A DNA stretch of 62,962 bases from an uncultured bacterium (GTDB lineage: Bacteria > Patescibacteriota > Minisyncoccia > Phycocordibacterales > Phycocordibacteraceae): assembly GCA_903994795.1 (NCBI GenBank), contig CAJEYI010000001.1:1-62962 (forward strand), in the 5' to 3' direction. Shown in pieces: positions 18,583 through 28,832 of this stretch (its first letter is position 1; every line of letters starts with the position of its first letter). The position numbers and the translations under genes are program-made. Under the pieces are notes generated by a model. It searched no databases and was not told the origin of the DNA. It saw only the letters and a program-made list of their open reading frames with translations.

Positions 18583-20955
18583 ATTCGATTTTTGAATAAG
18601 CACGTTCGTACCGAGCCCCGTGATGTCTACAGGGAGCATAAGTGGAGTCTCTGTGCGACTTGGAATGCTTGAGACAGGTAAGACTTTGAGTCCAGATTTC
18701 ATAGTCGCAGTAGTCGGGATATTTGAGTACTCAGCACTAATGCTTTGTGTACCTTGCGAGTTGGTCGACCCGATATCTAGGAAGGTTAATCCGGGTTCGT
18801 ATCCTTGTAGAGAAATTGTGTATGGTTGTCCCGTTGGAAGGTACACCTGCTTCTCGTCACCATGTACTTGCACAGAGCTTCCTGGAATCGATTCTTTTTT
18901 GTAATACACGTCAGTAGTTCCAGGCACTGGGAATATGCCACTCTGATTTCCACTCGCATCAGTCGCAATAATATTTGCAGATGCACCTACTGTCGCGGTC
19001 ATCATCAGTGGTAGTGATGAAGAAGGAAGGCTTGTGCTTATGAACGGACTCAGGACTGGTTTGTGTTCGAGCATATCTTGTAGTACAAGTTGAATTGGAA
19101 TCGCTGACGTAATATTTCCATGACCAATTTGTCCAAGTCGCGCGGATGCAAAGGCTTGCGCATTGAAATAATATTTTTCAGACGAGCTAGCGGTTACGCT
19201 TCTCGTAAGGACAGTATCGTCTCCATCAAAAGAATTTATTACAGCATGACTTGCCACATATGTGCTGCTACAGAATTTAGAGAATAGTGGAGGAAGTATA
19301 CATTTTGCATTTTTAATAATCGAAGCAGAATACGAATACTGGATTGGCGTCGGATTACCCCAGCCCGCAATGGTCGAGATAAGAATAGTTGGTGGTGGTT
19401 GCCATGAGTCGAGTAGTGCGTGTGTTGCATTTTCTTTGACGAGTAATTGTCCAGATAAAGGGATGGGTACACGCAAGTCGAATGAGGAAAAATTTCTTGT
19501 AATATTTGCAGAGTCAGTCACGAAGCGTACAAAGTCGGCGAATGACTTTGTTGCGCTCCCATACGTGTTTGTAAAAATATTTGTTGTTGCGGTTCCTGGA
19601 AACAATACTGGAAAGTTGCTTTCAAAAAAGTATGAACTTGATGGAAGTAGTCCATACATACCTGGAAGTGTTTTGGAAACTTCGCGAACTGTTCCTCCGT
19701 ACATAATGATTCCACCAGCGGCATCTGTCTGCCCGTCTCCATTTAGGAGAGCGCCAATACTTAATGGTGTGCCTAGTTGAGGGCTTGCGATTAGTGCAAT
19801 GCGGTCGATTAAATTTAGCCTACGTTCTTTTTGTAATTCTATGGCGAGTGCTTTCGCAAGAAGTCCTCCATTTGAATGGGCAATGATTGTGACTTGTCCT
19901 GATGGAGAAGTTGAGGCAAGATTTTGAATAACGTCTTGCAAAAAGACACGTGATATTTTCCCTGTAGGATTTCCGACAAGTGTACCGTTTTGGATAATGT
20001 CCTGAACATCGTATCTCCAGTCGTACGGATATGCTTGCCATCTTGAAATTATTTTCTTCGACACAAGCCCGTCCATGAATTTCTCGAACGGCCCGTAGAC
20101 GTCACCGAGTTTCTGAAGTCCATACTTGTAGTCAACCAAGTCTCTTGTGTAGATTAGTTTTTGACTTGTGCCGTTGGCATTAAGTACTAGGTTTAGTAAG
20201 CTCAGTGCACCCGAAGGTTCCCAGACGTTATTTTCTATTCCGAACGCATTTCTCATATAGAGGCGACTACCTTCGATGCCAGGCAGGAAGAGCACATTCG
20301 ATGTTCGCACTGGAACGGAATTTGTCAGCACATTGAATCGAACTCCTCCGAACGCTGTCGGTAAGTATGGGAATGGGTCAGGCGCATCAAGTGGGAACGT
20401 GAAGTAGCTCCACATTTGCTCCAGCGTGTATGGAGGTGCGCAATCAATTTCCCAATTGGGATTGTTTGGGCACGATGCGTGTGGATCGATATACATACTG
20501 TCAGGAATCGCGACGACAAAGAAGTACGAATCTGCCTTTGGAAATGTCGCCAGCACTTGTCCTGAAACAGTTCTCGAAACTTCCCATGATTGAACAAGGT
20601 GGGCCGTGGTCGAGAATGGAGAACCTTCCCAAAGCGAAATAAAAATACGAGACTCTTTTATTGTCTGATCAAACGCACTCGCGTTATCTTTTGAGGAAAG
20701 GTTCGGGTTCGGCCAGGTTGGAATATTGCTAAATTCATACGTAATGGGCACAAGGTCTTCTGTCGGTATGGTGATATTGCTGGTACTGGAAGCTGCAATG
20801 CTGATGCCTGATATCTTAAGACTAAGCTTGAGTTGTTGAATACTTTCAAACGTAGGCGGTGTATATGGTGGAGCTACTAAGTCCGCATGAACAAGGCCTG
20901 GTGAATAAAATAAGCTTATAAATAGGAAAACAATCGTGTTGGGTATCTTTTGCAT
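18577..20955 (-). CDS. secreted LCAT/phospholipase-like alpha/beta hydrolase
   Basis: N-terminal signal peptide; VLFLPGIEGS, YPYDWRY, AHSNGG nucleophile elbow, GDDTV, late His. Confidence 0.8.
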   Translation of the reverse strand: MQKIPNTIVFLFISLFYSPGLVHADLVAPPYTPPTFESIQQLKLSLKISGISIAASSTSNITIPTEDLVPITYEFSNIPTWPNPNLSSKDNASAFDQTIKESRIFISLWEGSPFSTTAHLVQSWEVSRTVSGQVLATFPKADSYFFVVAIPDSMYIDPHASCPNNPNWEIDCAPPYTLEQMWSYFTFPLDAPDPFPYLPTAFGGVRFNVLTNSVPVRTSNVLFLPGIEGSRLYMRNAFGIENNVWEPSGALSLLNLVLNANGTSQKLIYTRDLVDYKYGLQKLGDVYGPFEKFMDGLVSKKIISRWQAYPYDWRYDVQDIIQNGTLVGNPTGKISRVFLQDVIQNLASTSPSGQVTIIAHSNGGLLAKALAIELQKERRLNLIDRIALIASPQLGTPLSIGALLNGDGQTDAAGGIIMYGGTVREVSKTLPGMYGLLPSSSYFFESNFPVLFPGTATTNIFTNTYGSATKSFADFVRFVTDSANITRNFSSFDLRVPIPLSGQLLVKENATHALLDSWQPPPTILISTIAGWGNPTPIQYSYSASIIKNAKCILPPLFSKFCSSTYVASHAVINSFDGDDTVLTRSVTASSSEKYYFNAQAFASARLGQIGHGNITSAIPIQLVLQDMLEHKPVLSPFISTSLPSSSLPLMMTATVGASANIIATDASGNQSGIFPVPGTTDVYYKKESIPGSSVQVHGDEKQVYLPTGQPYTISLQGYEPGLTFLDIGSTNSQGTQSISAEYSNIPTTATMKSGLKVLPVSSIPSRTETPLMLPVDITGLGTNVLIQKSNR

Positions 20956-21057
20956 GCTACTATCGTAGCTAATTAGGTATGAAATAAAGCTAAAGCAGTT
21001 CTAAAGTTTTTCTGAGTTTTGGACTTTTTATATTTTTGGGTGCTTATAATTAGATAT

Positions 21058-21402
21058 ATGCAAATACCACATAAACTTGTATTGCTAGTTGTCACTGTAA
21101 GCACGATCTTCTTTGTTGCGGGATTATTTCTGTCAGCGCATGCAGAATCAAATAAAGGTGAGGTGGTTAGCGATTCTGTCGCCTCCAGCACTCCTGCCCA
21201 CTCACATGAACATCACAGACATAAATCAGATATACTTCATTTGGATAAAGATAGGGCTTCAGAATACAAGACAGTTAATCCTAGCTACTATGAGCACTCT
21301 GGGGTACTGGGTGGCTCAGCCGCACTTTTGGTGATTATTCTGCTGGGCTGGGTTTACCATCAAAATCACGAACATGATAAGAGGACCAGGCAAGATGATT
21401 GA
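21058..21402 (+). CDS. small His-rich membrane/secreted protein
   Basis: N-terminal hydrophobic segment, HSHEHHRH, C-terminal TM; TATAAT 7 nt upstream of ATG. Confidence 0.55.
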   Translation: MQIPHKLVLLVVTVSTIFFVAGLFLSAHAESNKGEVVSDSVASSTPAHSHEHHRHKSDILHLDKDRASEYKTVNPSYYEHSGVLGGSAALLVIILLGWVYHQNHEHDKRTRQDD

Positions 21403-21418
21403 GAAAGGGCCAAAGAGT

Positions 21419-21447
21419 TTGCATTTATACGCGGTATCTTATATAGT
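21419..21447 (+). promoter_or_regulatory. sigma70 promoter for rpsL
   Basis: TTGCAT-N17-TATAGT followed by leader hairpin TCCAGA..TCTGGA. Confidence 0.6.
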
Positions 21448-21502
21448 CTCTAAAGCTCATCCAGAGGTATCTGGAGGGTTTTCGTTTCGACAAAACAGCC
21501 AT

Positions 21503-21910
21503 ATGGCAACAATCAACCAACTTACAAAAACACGTCGCAAAGATAAGTCCCGCAAAACAAAGGTGGTGGCTCTTTCTCGTGGCTTCAACGCCCTTAAGAA
21601 CCGACCTACGTTCTACGCGTCACCATTCAAGCGTGGTGTTTGTACAAAGGTAACAACGAAAACTCCTCGCAAGCCTAACTCTGCTATTCGAAAGATCGCC
21701 CGCGTACGTCTTACAAACGGCATGGAAGTAACTGCATATATCCCAGGAGAAGGTCACAACCTCCAGGAACACTCAGTGGTTATGCTCCGCGGTGGTCGCG
21801 TGAAGGATATTGGTGTTCAGTACACCGTAGTTCGAGGTCGTCTCGATACTGCAGGGCTTGATAAGCGCCGACGCAGCCGTTCTCGTTACGGAGCTAAGAA
21901 GCCTAAATAG
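21503..21910 (+). CDS. rpsL: 30S ribosomal protein uS12
   Basis: [36 protein letters not shown]. Confidence 0.97.
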   Translation: MATINQLTKTRRKDKSRKTKVVALSRGFNALKNRPTFYASPFKRGVCTKVTTKTPRKPNSAIRKIARVRLTNGMEVTAYIPGEGHNLQEHSVVMLRGGRVKDIGVQYTVVRGRLDTAGLDKRRRSRSRYGAKKPK

Positions 21911-21938
21911 TCATATTTTATAATATTAAATAACTCCT

Positions 21939-22409
21939 ATGCGCCGCCCTATTAAAAACAAGCCAGTTCGCCGCCCTGACCTCGTGTACCAGTCTGAGGC
22001 TGTATCTCGATTCATCAACACTGTTATGTGGGATGGAAAGAAGGATGTTGCCCGAAAGGTTGTATACGATGCAATGGATCTTCTCAAGAATAGCGAGGGA
22101 AATCCTGATGCTCTAGAGACTTTTGAGACTGCGATCCGAAATGTGGCTCCACTTATGGAAGTTCGTTCACGGCGTGTGGGAGGTGCAAACTACCAGGTAC
22201 CTCGTGAGGTTCCTCAGCAGCGCCGAATTGCACTTGCATACCGATGGCTTATCAATGCTGCTCGAAACAAGAAGGGAAAGCCAATGGCTCAGAAACTAGC
22301 AGAGCAGATTCTACTTGCAGCAAAGAACGAAGGTGAGGCAATCAAGAAGAAGGAAGATATGCACCGCATGGCGGAAAGCAACAAGGCATTCGCTCACTTT
22401 GCTTGGTAG
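21939..22409 (+). CDS. rpsG: 30S ribosomal protein uS7
   Basis: RRVGGANYQVP, HRMAESNKAFAHF. Confidence 0.97.
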   Translation: MRRPIKNKPVRRPDLVYQSEAVSRFINTVMWDGKKDVARKVVYDAMDLLKNSEGNPDALETFETAIRNVAPLMEVRSRRVGGANYQVPREVPQQRRIALAYRWLINAARNKKGKPMAQKLAEQILLAAKNEGEAIKKKEDMHRMAESNKAFAHFAW

Positions 22410-22437
22410 AGTACGTCCCAAAAATTCAAAAATAAGA

Positions 22438-22475
22438 AAAGCAAAAAGACTTCCGAATGGAAGTCTTTTTGCTTT
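22438..22475 (+). terminator. intrinsic terminator after rpsG
   Basis: AAAGCAAAAAGACTTCC-GAAT-GGAAGTCTTTTTGCTTT. Confidence 0.8.
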
Positions 22476-22548
22476 GGCATGTAACAAATACTTTACTTCA
22501 TCAGTATAATAAGTTGAGGCAACGAAAGTTGCTTTCGCTCTTTGGCGC

Positions 22549-22755
22549 ATGCGCGTCGTAACTAATGGTGCACAAGTGGTTGATTCAGTTACCAATACTG
22601 AACCGAAACAATCAGGGGATTCTGAAAAGAAACCCGGAAGTCTGGTTCAGGAAGTTCCACACCCCTTCGAGGATCTCAAAAAGGGCGATTATGAGATGAT
22701 TTTAGGAGATAGTGATCCGCGTGCTCTGATATCCCCTCTAGATTGCCTGGTCTAA
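22549..22755 (+). CDS. small hypothetical protein in a promoter-ORF-terminator cassette
   Basis: TATAAT at 22505, GGCAAC-GAAA-GTTGCT leader hairpin, CCCCGCG/CGCGGGG hairpin at about 22766-22794. Confidence 0.35.
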   Translation: MRVVTNGAQVVDSVTNTEPKQSGDSEKKPGSLVQEVPHPFEDLKKGDYEMILGDSDPRALISPLDCLV

Positions 22756-22856
22756 ATCACCAAGTCCCCGCGTTGCCTCTATGGCTGCGCGGGGCTCGAT
22801 TTTTATTCGAGAGTCTCATATACTGTATGGACAGGGAATATTATTCTTTTATTTTA

Positions 22857-23177
22857 ATGATTATGGAAGAAATGAAACACGGAGAAAGTATTATGGACAA
22901 ATTGCCTCACATGCACAACCATGAAGGACCAATGGGAGCTTTAAAGGGTATGCTTTGGCAGAATAATTGGAAGTCACCAGTGGCTCTCGGAATTTTCCTA
23001 GCAACATCAATGTTTGGTCTCGTAATGCTTATGTACGCGCTAAACCTTGCAGCAGCAGCAGTTCAGGCAATGCGTCCAGAACAGCAAAGCCAGGGACTAT
23101 CACAGCAACAGCTTCAGCAGATGATGCAGCAGCAAGCTCCTGCAACTTCAGGCGCTTCAGCAGGTGCAACTCAGTAA
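22857..23177 (+). CDS. hypothetical single-TM protein with Gln-rich tail
   Basis: Met/His-rich N-terminus, TM segment, QQQLQQMMQQQ; terminator at 23200-23230. Confidence 0.6.
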   Translation: MIMEEMKHGESIMDKLPHMHNHEGPMGALKGMLWQNNWKSPVALGIFLATSMFGLVMLMYALNLAAAAVQAMRPEQQSQGLSQQQLQQMMQQQAPATSGASAGATQ

Positions 23178-23306
23178 ACTCAGGGAATTAAAGAAAACGA
23201 ACAAAACCGCCTCAAAAGCGGTTTTGTTTTGTATATATAAAGTAGTCGGCGTCGCCCCAGCCTTAGCTAGAACGACGCCGTGGCGGTCTCAGGATCCATC
23301 AAGATC

Positions 23307-23339
23307 CTATATGCCGTCATAAGGCAAAATGTTTGCCAT
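23307..23339 (-). CDS. putative 10-aa micro-ORF MANILPYDGI
   Basis: preceded by a perfect SD, GAAAGGAGGTGAATAC-ATG. Confidence 0.35.
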   Translation of the reverse strand: MANILPYDGI

Positions 23340-23377
23340 GTATTCACCTCCTTTCTATCGTGACTAAGCTTCGTAGC

Positions 23378-23449
23378 TCAGTCGTTCGTGTCCGGGTTTT
23401 GATCCGGGCGCGGGGTGGGCAGTTCATCATCCTCATAGCCGTTTGGCAA
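23378..23449 (-). CDS. putative 23-aa acidic micro-ORF (M)PNGYEDDELPTPRPDQNPDTND
   Basis: GAAAGGAG-N5-TTG start. Confidence 0.3.
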   Translation of the reverse strand: MPNGYEDDELPTPRPDQNPDTND

Positions 23450-23511
23450 GTGGACTCCTTTCCGTCAGCAATGTCTGACCCAAATATGCTAGCACAAATA
23501 CTAAAATGTAG

Positions 23512-23644
23512 CAGGAGGATGGGTATTCCTCGAGTAACGCAGTACCGAAGGCGGAGCATTTTGATTGGAGTTGCGCGACAATCTTAAAATGCGACTGGGC
23601 CGTGCCTCGGGACGAGTAACACCGAGGACATACCCAACTCCCTG
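23512..23644. repeat. ERIC/MITE-like long imperfect hairpin
   Basis: terminal arms CAGGAGGATGGGTATTCCTCG / CGAGGACATACCCAACTCCCTG; inner GCATTTTGATTG/CAATCTTAAAATGC. Confidence 0.5.
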
Positions 23645-23747
23645 TCTCGTATTGCGTTTTAGCCTATTTATCAGTATTCTGTAGAAAACGCTCTGGCGGC
23701 TTTTATTTTATTTACTCAGCCAAATAGTAACCATTACTTATTACTTT

Positions 23748-25895
23748 ATGAACCGTGACTATCCTCTAGAGAAAGTGCGAAACTTCGGAATTGTGGCCCA
23801 TGTGGATGCAGGAAAGACAACAACGTCTGAACGCGTGCTTTTCTACACAGGCTCACAGCACAAGATAGGTGAGGTGCACGAGGGAGAGACAACCACAGAC
23901 TGGATGGAGCAGGAGCGAGAGCGCGGTATCACTATTACTGCAGCTGCTATTACTTGTTTCTGGACCAAGTCTCAGGAACCAGACAAGAAAGACACTGCCA
24001 AGAAGTACCGATTCAACGTGATCGACACTCCAGGACACATCGACTTCACAGCTGAGGTGAAGCGCTCTATGCGTGTGCTCGACGGAGCTATTGTGGTATT
24101 TGACGGTGTTGCTGGAGTAGAGCCACAGTCTGAGACTAACTGGCGCTATGCTGACGAAGCTGGTGTACCTCGCGTATGTTTCATCAACAAGCTCGACCGA
24201 ACAGGTGCGTCATTTGAGGACTCGTACCAGTCAATCCTTGACCGTCTTTCAAAGAAGGCAGTTCGCGCGCAGATCCCAATGGGAGCAGAGGGTGATTTCG
24301 AAGGAGTGGTAGACCTTCTCTCAATGAAGTCATACACATTCACAGGAAACATGGGTGAGAACGTTATTGAGGGTGAAGTACCAGCTGAATATCTCGAAGA
24401 GGCTAAGAAGTACCGTGCAGAGCTCGTAGAGCGAATTGTGGAACACGATGAAGAACAGCTCGCCGCCTTCTTCGAAGGAAATGAACCATCTCTTGCAGAT
24501 CTAAAGAAAACTCTCCGAAAGGCAGTTATTGCAAATGAAATTTTCCCTGTATACACAGGTTCTGCACTTAAGAACAAGGGTGTACAGCTCGTACTCGATG
24601 CAGTTGTGGACTACCTTCCATCTCCACTCGATCTTCCAGCAGTAAAGGGTATCAATCCTAAGACTGGTGAAGAAGTAGAGCGAATGCCTTCAGATGAAGA
24701 GCCATTCACAGCACTCGCCTTCAAGCTTCAGACCGATCCATTCGTGGGAGCTCTTACGTTCTTCCGTGTGTACGCAGGAACAGTATCTGCAGGTTCATAC
24801 ATCTACAACGCCAATACTGGCACAAAGGAGCGCGTAGGACGTATTGTGCGACTTCAGGCTGATAAGCGCGAAGAAGTGGATCAGGTGTTCACGGGAGAAA
24901 TTGCCTCATTTGTTGGTCTTAAGGACACAAAGACTTCTCACACACTCTGTGACGAGGCAAATCCAATCATTCTTGAACAGATTAAGTTCCCAGAGCCAGT
25001 GGTATCTCTCCGAATCGAGCCAAAGACAAAGGCTGACCAGGAAAAGATGGGTATCGCGCTTCGAAAACTTTCTGATGAAGACCCAACATTTAAAATCACT
25101 TCTGACGAGGAAACAGCTGAGACAATTATCTCAGGAATGGGCGAGCTTCACCTCGAAATTCTTGTGGATCGTATGCAGCGCGAGTTCAATGTCGGAGCAA
25201 ACGTAGGAAAGCCACAGGTGGCATACCGCGAGACAATTATGGGAAGTGCAGATGTAGAAGGAAAGTACATCAAGCAGTCTGGAGGTAAGGGTCAGTACGG
25301 TCACGTGAAGATCAAGATGAAACGAATGGAGCCAGTTGATCCAGAAGCTAAGGTCGCAAAGAACGTTACGCGTGATTCAAACTTCGAATTCATCAACAAC
25401 ATCAAAGGAGGTGCTATTCCAGGTGAATACATCCCAGCTGTTGAAAAGGGAATGCGTGAATCAATGCACCGAGGTGTCCTTGCAGGATTCCCAATCGTTG
25501 AAATCTCAATCGAGTTGTATGACGGTTCATACCACGATGTGGACTCTTCAGAAATCGCCTTCAAGATCGCTGCATCTATGGCATTTGCCGAAGCAGCAGC
25601 AAAGGCGAAACCAGTTATTCTCGAGCCTATTATGCGCGTAGAAGTAGTTATTCCTGAACAGTTCCTTGGAGACATCACAGGTTCTCTCTCAGGAAAGCGT
25701 GGATCTATTGATGCTATGGAGGAACGAGGCATGAATAAGGTTGTAAATGCTAAGGTTCCGCTATCTGAAATGTTCGGATACACCACAACTCTTCGTTCTA
25801 TGACAGAAGGTCGTGGATCTATGACAATGGAATTCGATCATTACGAAGTTGTTCCAAACAATGTTGCTCAGGAAATTATCGCAAGCAGGAAGTAA
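23748..25895 (+). CDS. fusA: elongation factor G
   Basis: [40 protein letters not shown]; promoter TTGCGT-N17-TATTCT at 23652-23680. Confidence 0.98.
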   Translation: MNRDYPLEKVRNFGIVAHVDAGKTTTSERVLFYTGSQHKIGEVHEGETTTDWMEQERERGITITAAAITCFWTKSQEPDKKDTAKKYRFNVIDTPGHIDFTAEVKRSMRVLDGAIVVFDGVAGVEPQSETNWRYADEAGVPRVCFINKLDRTGASFEDSYQSILDRLSKKAVRAQIPMGAEGDFEGVVDLLSMKSYTFTGNMGENVIEGEVPAEYLEEAKKYRAELVERIVEHDEEQLAAFFEGNEPSLADLKKTLRKAVIANEIFPVYTGSALKNKGVQLVLDAVVDYLPSPLDLPAVKGINPKTGEEVERMPSDEEPFTALAFKLQTDPFVGALTFFRVYAGTVSAGSYIYNANTGTKERVGRIVRLQADKREEVDQVFTGEIASFVGLKDTKTSHTLCDEANPIILEQIKFPEPVVSLRIEPKTKADQEKMGIALRKLSDEDPTFKITSDEETAETIISGMGELHLEILVDRMQREFNVGANVGKPQVAYRETIMGSADVEGKYIKQSGGKGQYGHVKIKMKRMEPVDPEAKVAKNVTRDSNFEFINNIKGGAIPGEYIPAVEKGMRESMHRGVLAGFPIVEISIELYDGSYHDVDSSEIAFKIAASMAFAEAAAKAKPVILEPIMRVEVVIPEQFLGDITGSLSGKRGSIDAMEERGMNKVVNAKVPLSEMFGYTTTLRSMTEGRGSMTMEFDHYEVVPNNVAQEIIASRK

Positions 25896-25913
25896 TTTAA
25901 GAAAATTAGAGGA

Positions 25914-25948
25914 AAGCAAAAATCCCATTTTAAATGGGATTTTTGCTT
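25914..25948 (+). terminator. intrinsic terminator after fusA
   Basis: AAGCAAAAATCCCATT..AATGGGATTTTTGCTT. Confidence 0.8.
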
Positions 25949-25981
25949 ATATAAAACCCAAATACTTGCTATGCTAGAGGT

Positions 25982-26869
25982 ATGTCAGCTGAACAGCCTT
26001 CACAGCCAAGGAAAGAAGTCTTGTCTTACGTTCCTGAAGACGTGCAGACAATTGATTGGACAGAAGTTGGGCAAATAGAAGATAACGAAACTGAAGAGTT
26101 CTTGGCACATAAGGCAGTAGTAAATACTCGCGAAAGTATTGAGTACGAAGATGCAATAAAAGAACCAGAATCAGTGAAAATCCAGACTGAAGAGAATTTG
26201 AAACAAGTACTCGCTAGACTGGAAGAGAATAAAATTAAGTGGGGGAGTACTGAGATAAATCCAAAAGAACCAGATTTAGTGCTAAAAGAAACCGTCCCAG
26301 CAACTCCTGAAAAGACTACCTTAGGTTCTGAGACAGTTGAAACACCAAAAGAAGCAGTAGGTTTGGAGATAGTAGAGAGTAAGGAACATCATGAGGCCCA
26401 TGAGCATCCAAAAGATAGCGCTACTGAGAAAGTGAAAGAACCAGAAATTACAGTGCACGCAAAAGAGGTTGAATCTCATAAGGAAAAACCCCACGTCGCT
26501 GGAGGTCATGGGCATGACGAGAAAAAGACAAAGCCTTGGGGACTTAAAGACTGGGGAACCACAGCTGGTGCAGTTCTTGGTGGATTCGGTGTTGGAGCGG
26601 CTCTTACATTGTGGGGTGCGCCCGCCCTTACATCGTTCATTGGTATCCAAACAACCATCGTTAGTTCTTTGGCTACAGTTGGGCTAACTGGGTTCATTTG
26701 GGCGGGTTTAGGGGCAACAGCAGTGTTAGGATTTTTGTTTATGATTGGAAAGGCAATATATGATGAACGCGGAAAATTCCCCGGTATGAGTTTTCTTGGT
26801 GGCGGAGGAGGAAGTCATACGTCAGCACCTAAAAAAGCTGCTGCTGCTCCGGCAGCTCACGGACACTAA
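25982..26869 (+). CDS. hypothetical protein with acidic/His-rich N-terminus and C-terminal Gly-rich TM helices
   Basis: 295-aa ORF between fusA and tuf; TATGCT 6 nt upstream of ATG. Confidence 0.7.
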   Translation: MSAEQPSQPRKEVLSYVPEDVQTIDWTEVGQIEDNETEEFLAHKAVVNTRESIEYEDAIKEPESVKIQTEENLKQVLARLEENKIKWGSTEINPKEPDLVLKETVPATPEKTTLGSETVETPKEAVGLEIVESKEHHEAHEHPKDSATEKVKEPEITVHAKEVESHKEKPHVAGGHGHDEKKTKPWGLKDWGTTAGAVLGGFGVGAALTLWGAPALTSFIGIQTTIVSSLATVGLTGFIWAGLGATAVLGFLFMIGKAIYDERGKFPGMSFLGGGGGSHTSAPKKAAAAPAAHGH

Positions 26870-26874
26870 ATTAC

Positions 26875-27073
26875 TTGACCTTTCAAGTCGCGCGCGGTAC
26901 CTTTACCTATAACGCGAGAACTGCGTTCTTTTTGTCGTCTACGGTAGTAAAGGGCAAAAGGAATGCGCGCCGCGGCAAGTCATCGTCACACGTCTTGGTC
27001 ACCTGTCGCCATTTTCGGATCGCAGGCAGGCGCGGCGATTTCCTTATTAATCTACCCGTAATTTTACAACTAT
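26875..27073 (+). promoter_or_regulatory. tuf promoter and long GC-rich structured 5' leader
   Basis: TTGACC-N17-TACCTT, then about 165 nt with CGCCGCG/CGCGGCG and TTTTGTC/GGCAAAA pairings. Confidence 0.5.
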
Positions 27074-28279
27074 ATGGCAGCAGAAGCTTTTGATCGCAGC
27101 AAGCCGCACATGAACGTAGGAACCATCGGTCACGTTGACCATGGAAAGACTACGCTCACAGCGGGAATTCTTAATGTTCTCAACCTCAACACTGGTCTTG
27201 GATACAAGGCTCGTGCAGAGAACGTCGATAACATCGACAACGCTCCTGAGGAAAAGGCTCGCGGTATTACTATCGCACTTCACCACTCAGAGTACGAGAC
27301 ACCAAATCGTCACTACGCTCACATTGATGCACCAGGCCACGCCGACTACATCAAGAACATGATTACAGGAGCTGCCCAGATGGACGGCGCCGTACTCGTG
27401 GTTGCAGCAACTGATGGTGCTATGCCTCAGACACGTGAGCACATCCTTCTTGCAAAGCAGGTTGGTGTGCCCCGCCTCATTGTCTTCTTGAACAAAGTAG
27501 ACATGGTAGATGACCAGGACATGGTTGACCTCGTTGAGGAAGAAATCCGTGAACTTCTAACCAAGCAGGGATTTGACGGTGCAGCGACTCCAGTTATCAA
27601 GGGATCAGGACTTAAGGCTCTCGAGGCTACTTCAGCTGAGGACCCATGGGCTCTAAAGGTTAAGGAACTTGTGGACACTATGGACACATACTTCCCACAG
27701 CCAGAGCGTGACCTCGACAAGCCATTCCTTATGCCTATCGAAGACATCTTCTCAATTGAAGGTCGCGGAACAGTTATCACTGGCCGTATCGAGCGAGGTA
27801 TCATCAAGGTTGGTGATGAAGTAGAAATCGTTGGTCTTCACCCTACAGCTAAGACAACTGTTACTGGTATTGAAATGTTCAATAAGCAGCTTCAGGAAGG
27901 TCAGGCAGGTGACAACGCAGGTATTCTTCTCCGAGGTACAAAGAAAGAAGATGTACACCGTGGACAGGTTCTTGCAAAGACAGGTTCTGTAACTCCGCAC
28001 ACAGAGTTCGAAGCGGAGGTATACATCCTCTCTAAGGACGAAGGCGGACGACACACTCCTTTCTTCTCAGGATATAAGCCTCAGTTCTACATCCGAACCA
28101 CTGACGTTACAGGTGAAGTTACTCTTCCAGATGGAAAGGAAATGGTTATGCCAGGTGACACTGTTACCTTCAAGGTAAAGCTCACAGCTCCTATCGCTCT
28201 TGAGGACAATACTCGCTTCTCAGTTCGTGAAGGTGGAAAGACTGTTGGTGCGGGTGTTGTTACAAAGATCACTGCGTAA
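27074..28279 (+). CDS. tuf: elongation factor Tu
   Basis: [32 protein letters not shown]. Confidence 0.98.
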   Translation: MAAEAFDRSKPHMNVGTIGHVDHGKTTLTAGILNVLNLNTGLGYKARAENVDNIDNAPEEKARGITIALHHSEYETPNRHYAHIDAPGHADYIKNMITGAAQMDGAVLVVAATDGAMPQTREHILLAKQVGVPRLIVFLNKVDMVDDQDMVDLVEEEIRELLTKQGFDGAATPVIKGSGLKALEATSAEDPWALKVKELVDTMDTYFPQPERDLDKPFLMPIEDIFSIEGRGTVITGRIERGIIKVGDEVEIVGLHPTAKTTVTGIEMFNKQLQEGQAGDNAGILLRGTKKEDVHRGQVLAKTGSVTPHTEFEAEVYILSKDEGGRHTPFFSGYKPQFYIRTTDVTGEVTLPDGKEMVMPGDTVTFKVKLTAPIALEDNTRFSVREGGKTVGAGVVTKITA

Positions 28280-28303
28280 GCAATCATTCCTAATCTTTTA
28301 CTC

Positions 28304-28660
28304 ATGGCAACTGCAACCAAAAAGACAACAAAGAAAGAGGCAACAGCTCCAGCGGAGCCAAAGCTTCGGATTCGGGTGCGTGCCTATGAGCACAAGATCC
28401 TCGATCTCTCTGTGAAGCAAATCATGGACACAGCTAATCGCTTCGATGCGAAAATTGTGGGCCCAGTACCGCTTCCAACAGAAATCAAGCGCTGGACAGT
28501 GAACCGATCGACATTCATCGATAAGGATTCACGCGAACAGTTCGAAATGCGTATTCACAAGCGCCTCATTGATATCATGAGTCCATCAGGAAAGGTGATT
28601 GAGGCTCTCACGAATCTCAACCTCCCATCCGGTGTGACTATTGACGTGAAGATGGTGTAA
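28304..28660 (+). CDS. rpsJ: 30S ribosomal protein uS10
   Basis: GPVPLPT, SREQFEMRIHKRLIDI. Confidence 0.97.
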   Translation: MATATKKTTKKEATAPAEPKLRIRVRAYEHKILDLSVKQIMDTANRFDAKIVGPVPLPTEIKRWTVNRSTFIDKDSREQFEMRIHKRLIDIMSPSGKVIEALTNLNLPSGVTIDVKMV

Positions 28661-28675
28661 GCTTGTAGTAATACA

Positions 28676-28715
28676 ATATTAGAAAAACCGCCTATTTGGG
28701 CGGTTTTTCTAATAT
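28676..28715 (+). terminator. intrinsic terminator after rpsJ
   Basis: ATATTAGAAAAACCGCC..GGCGGTTTTTCTAATAT. Confidence 0.8.
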
Positions 28716-28832
28716 ATTTATAAAACTTATGCACCTCTCGGGATTCAGACGTATGAAAGGCGTGCTATAAAGAGGGTGGGATGTACCCGAATTACAAATT
28801 GACTTATTCATCAAATTTATAAAAACTTCTTT

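Noticed and set aside
19271..19282. CAGAATTTAGAG, a 12-nt partial match to the conserved hairpin loop
   Set aside because: Inside the LCAT-like CDS, incomplete, and not flanked by an inverted repeat
23333..23587. ORFs 23333-23587 (+) and 23344-23559 (-)
   Set aside because: No start signals, and they cross a promoter and a foldback element. The SD-led micro-ORFs explain the region better
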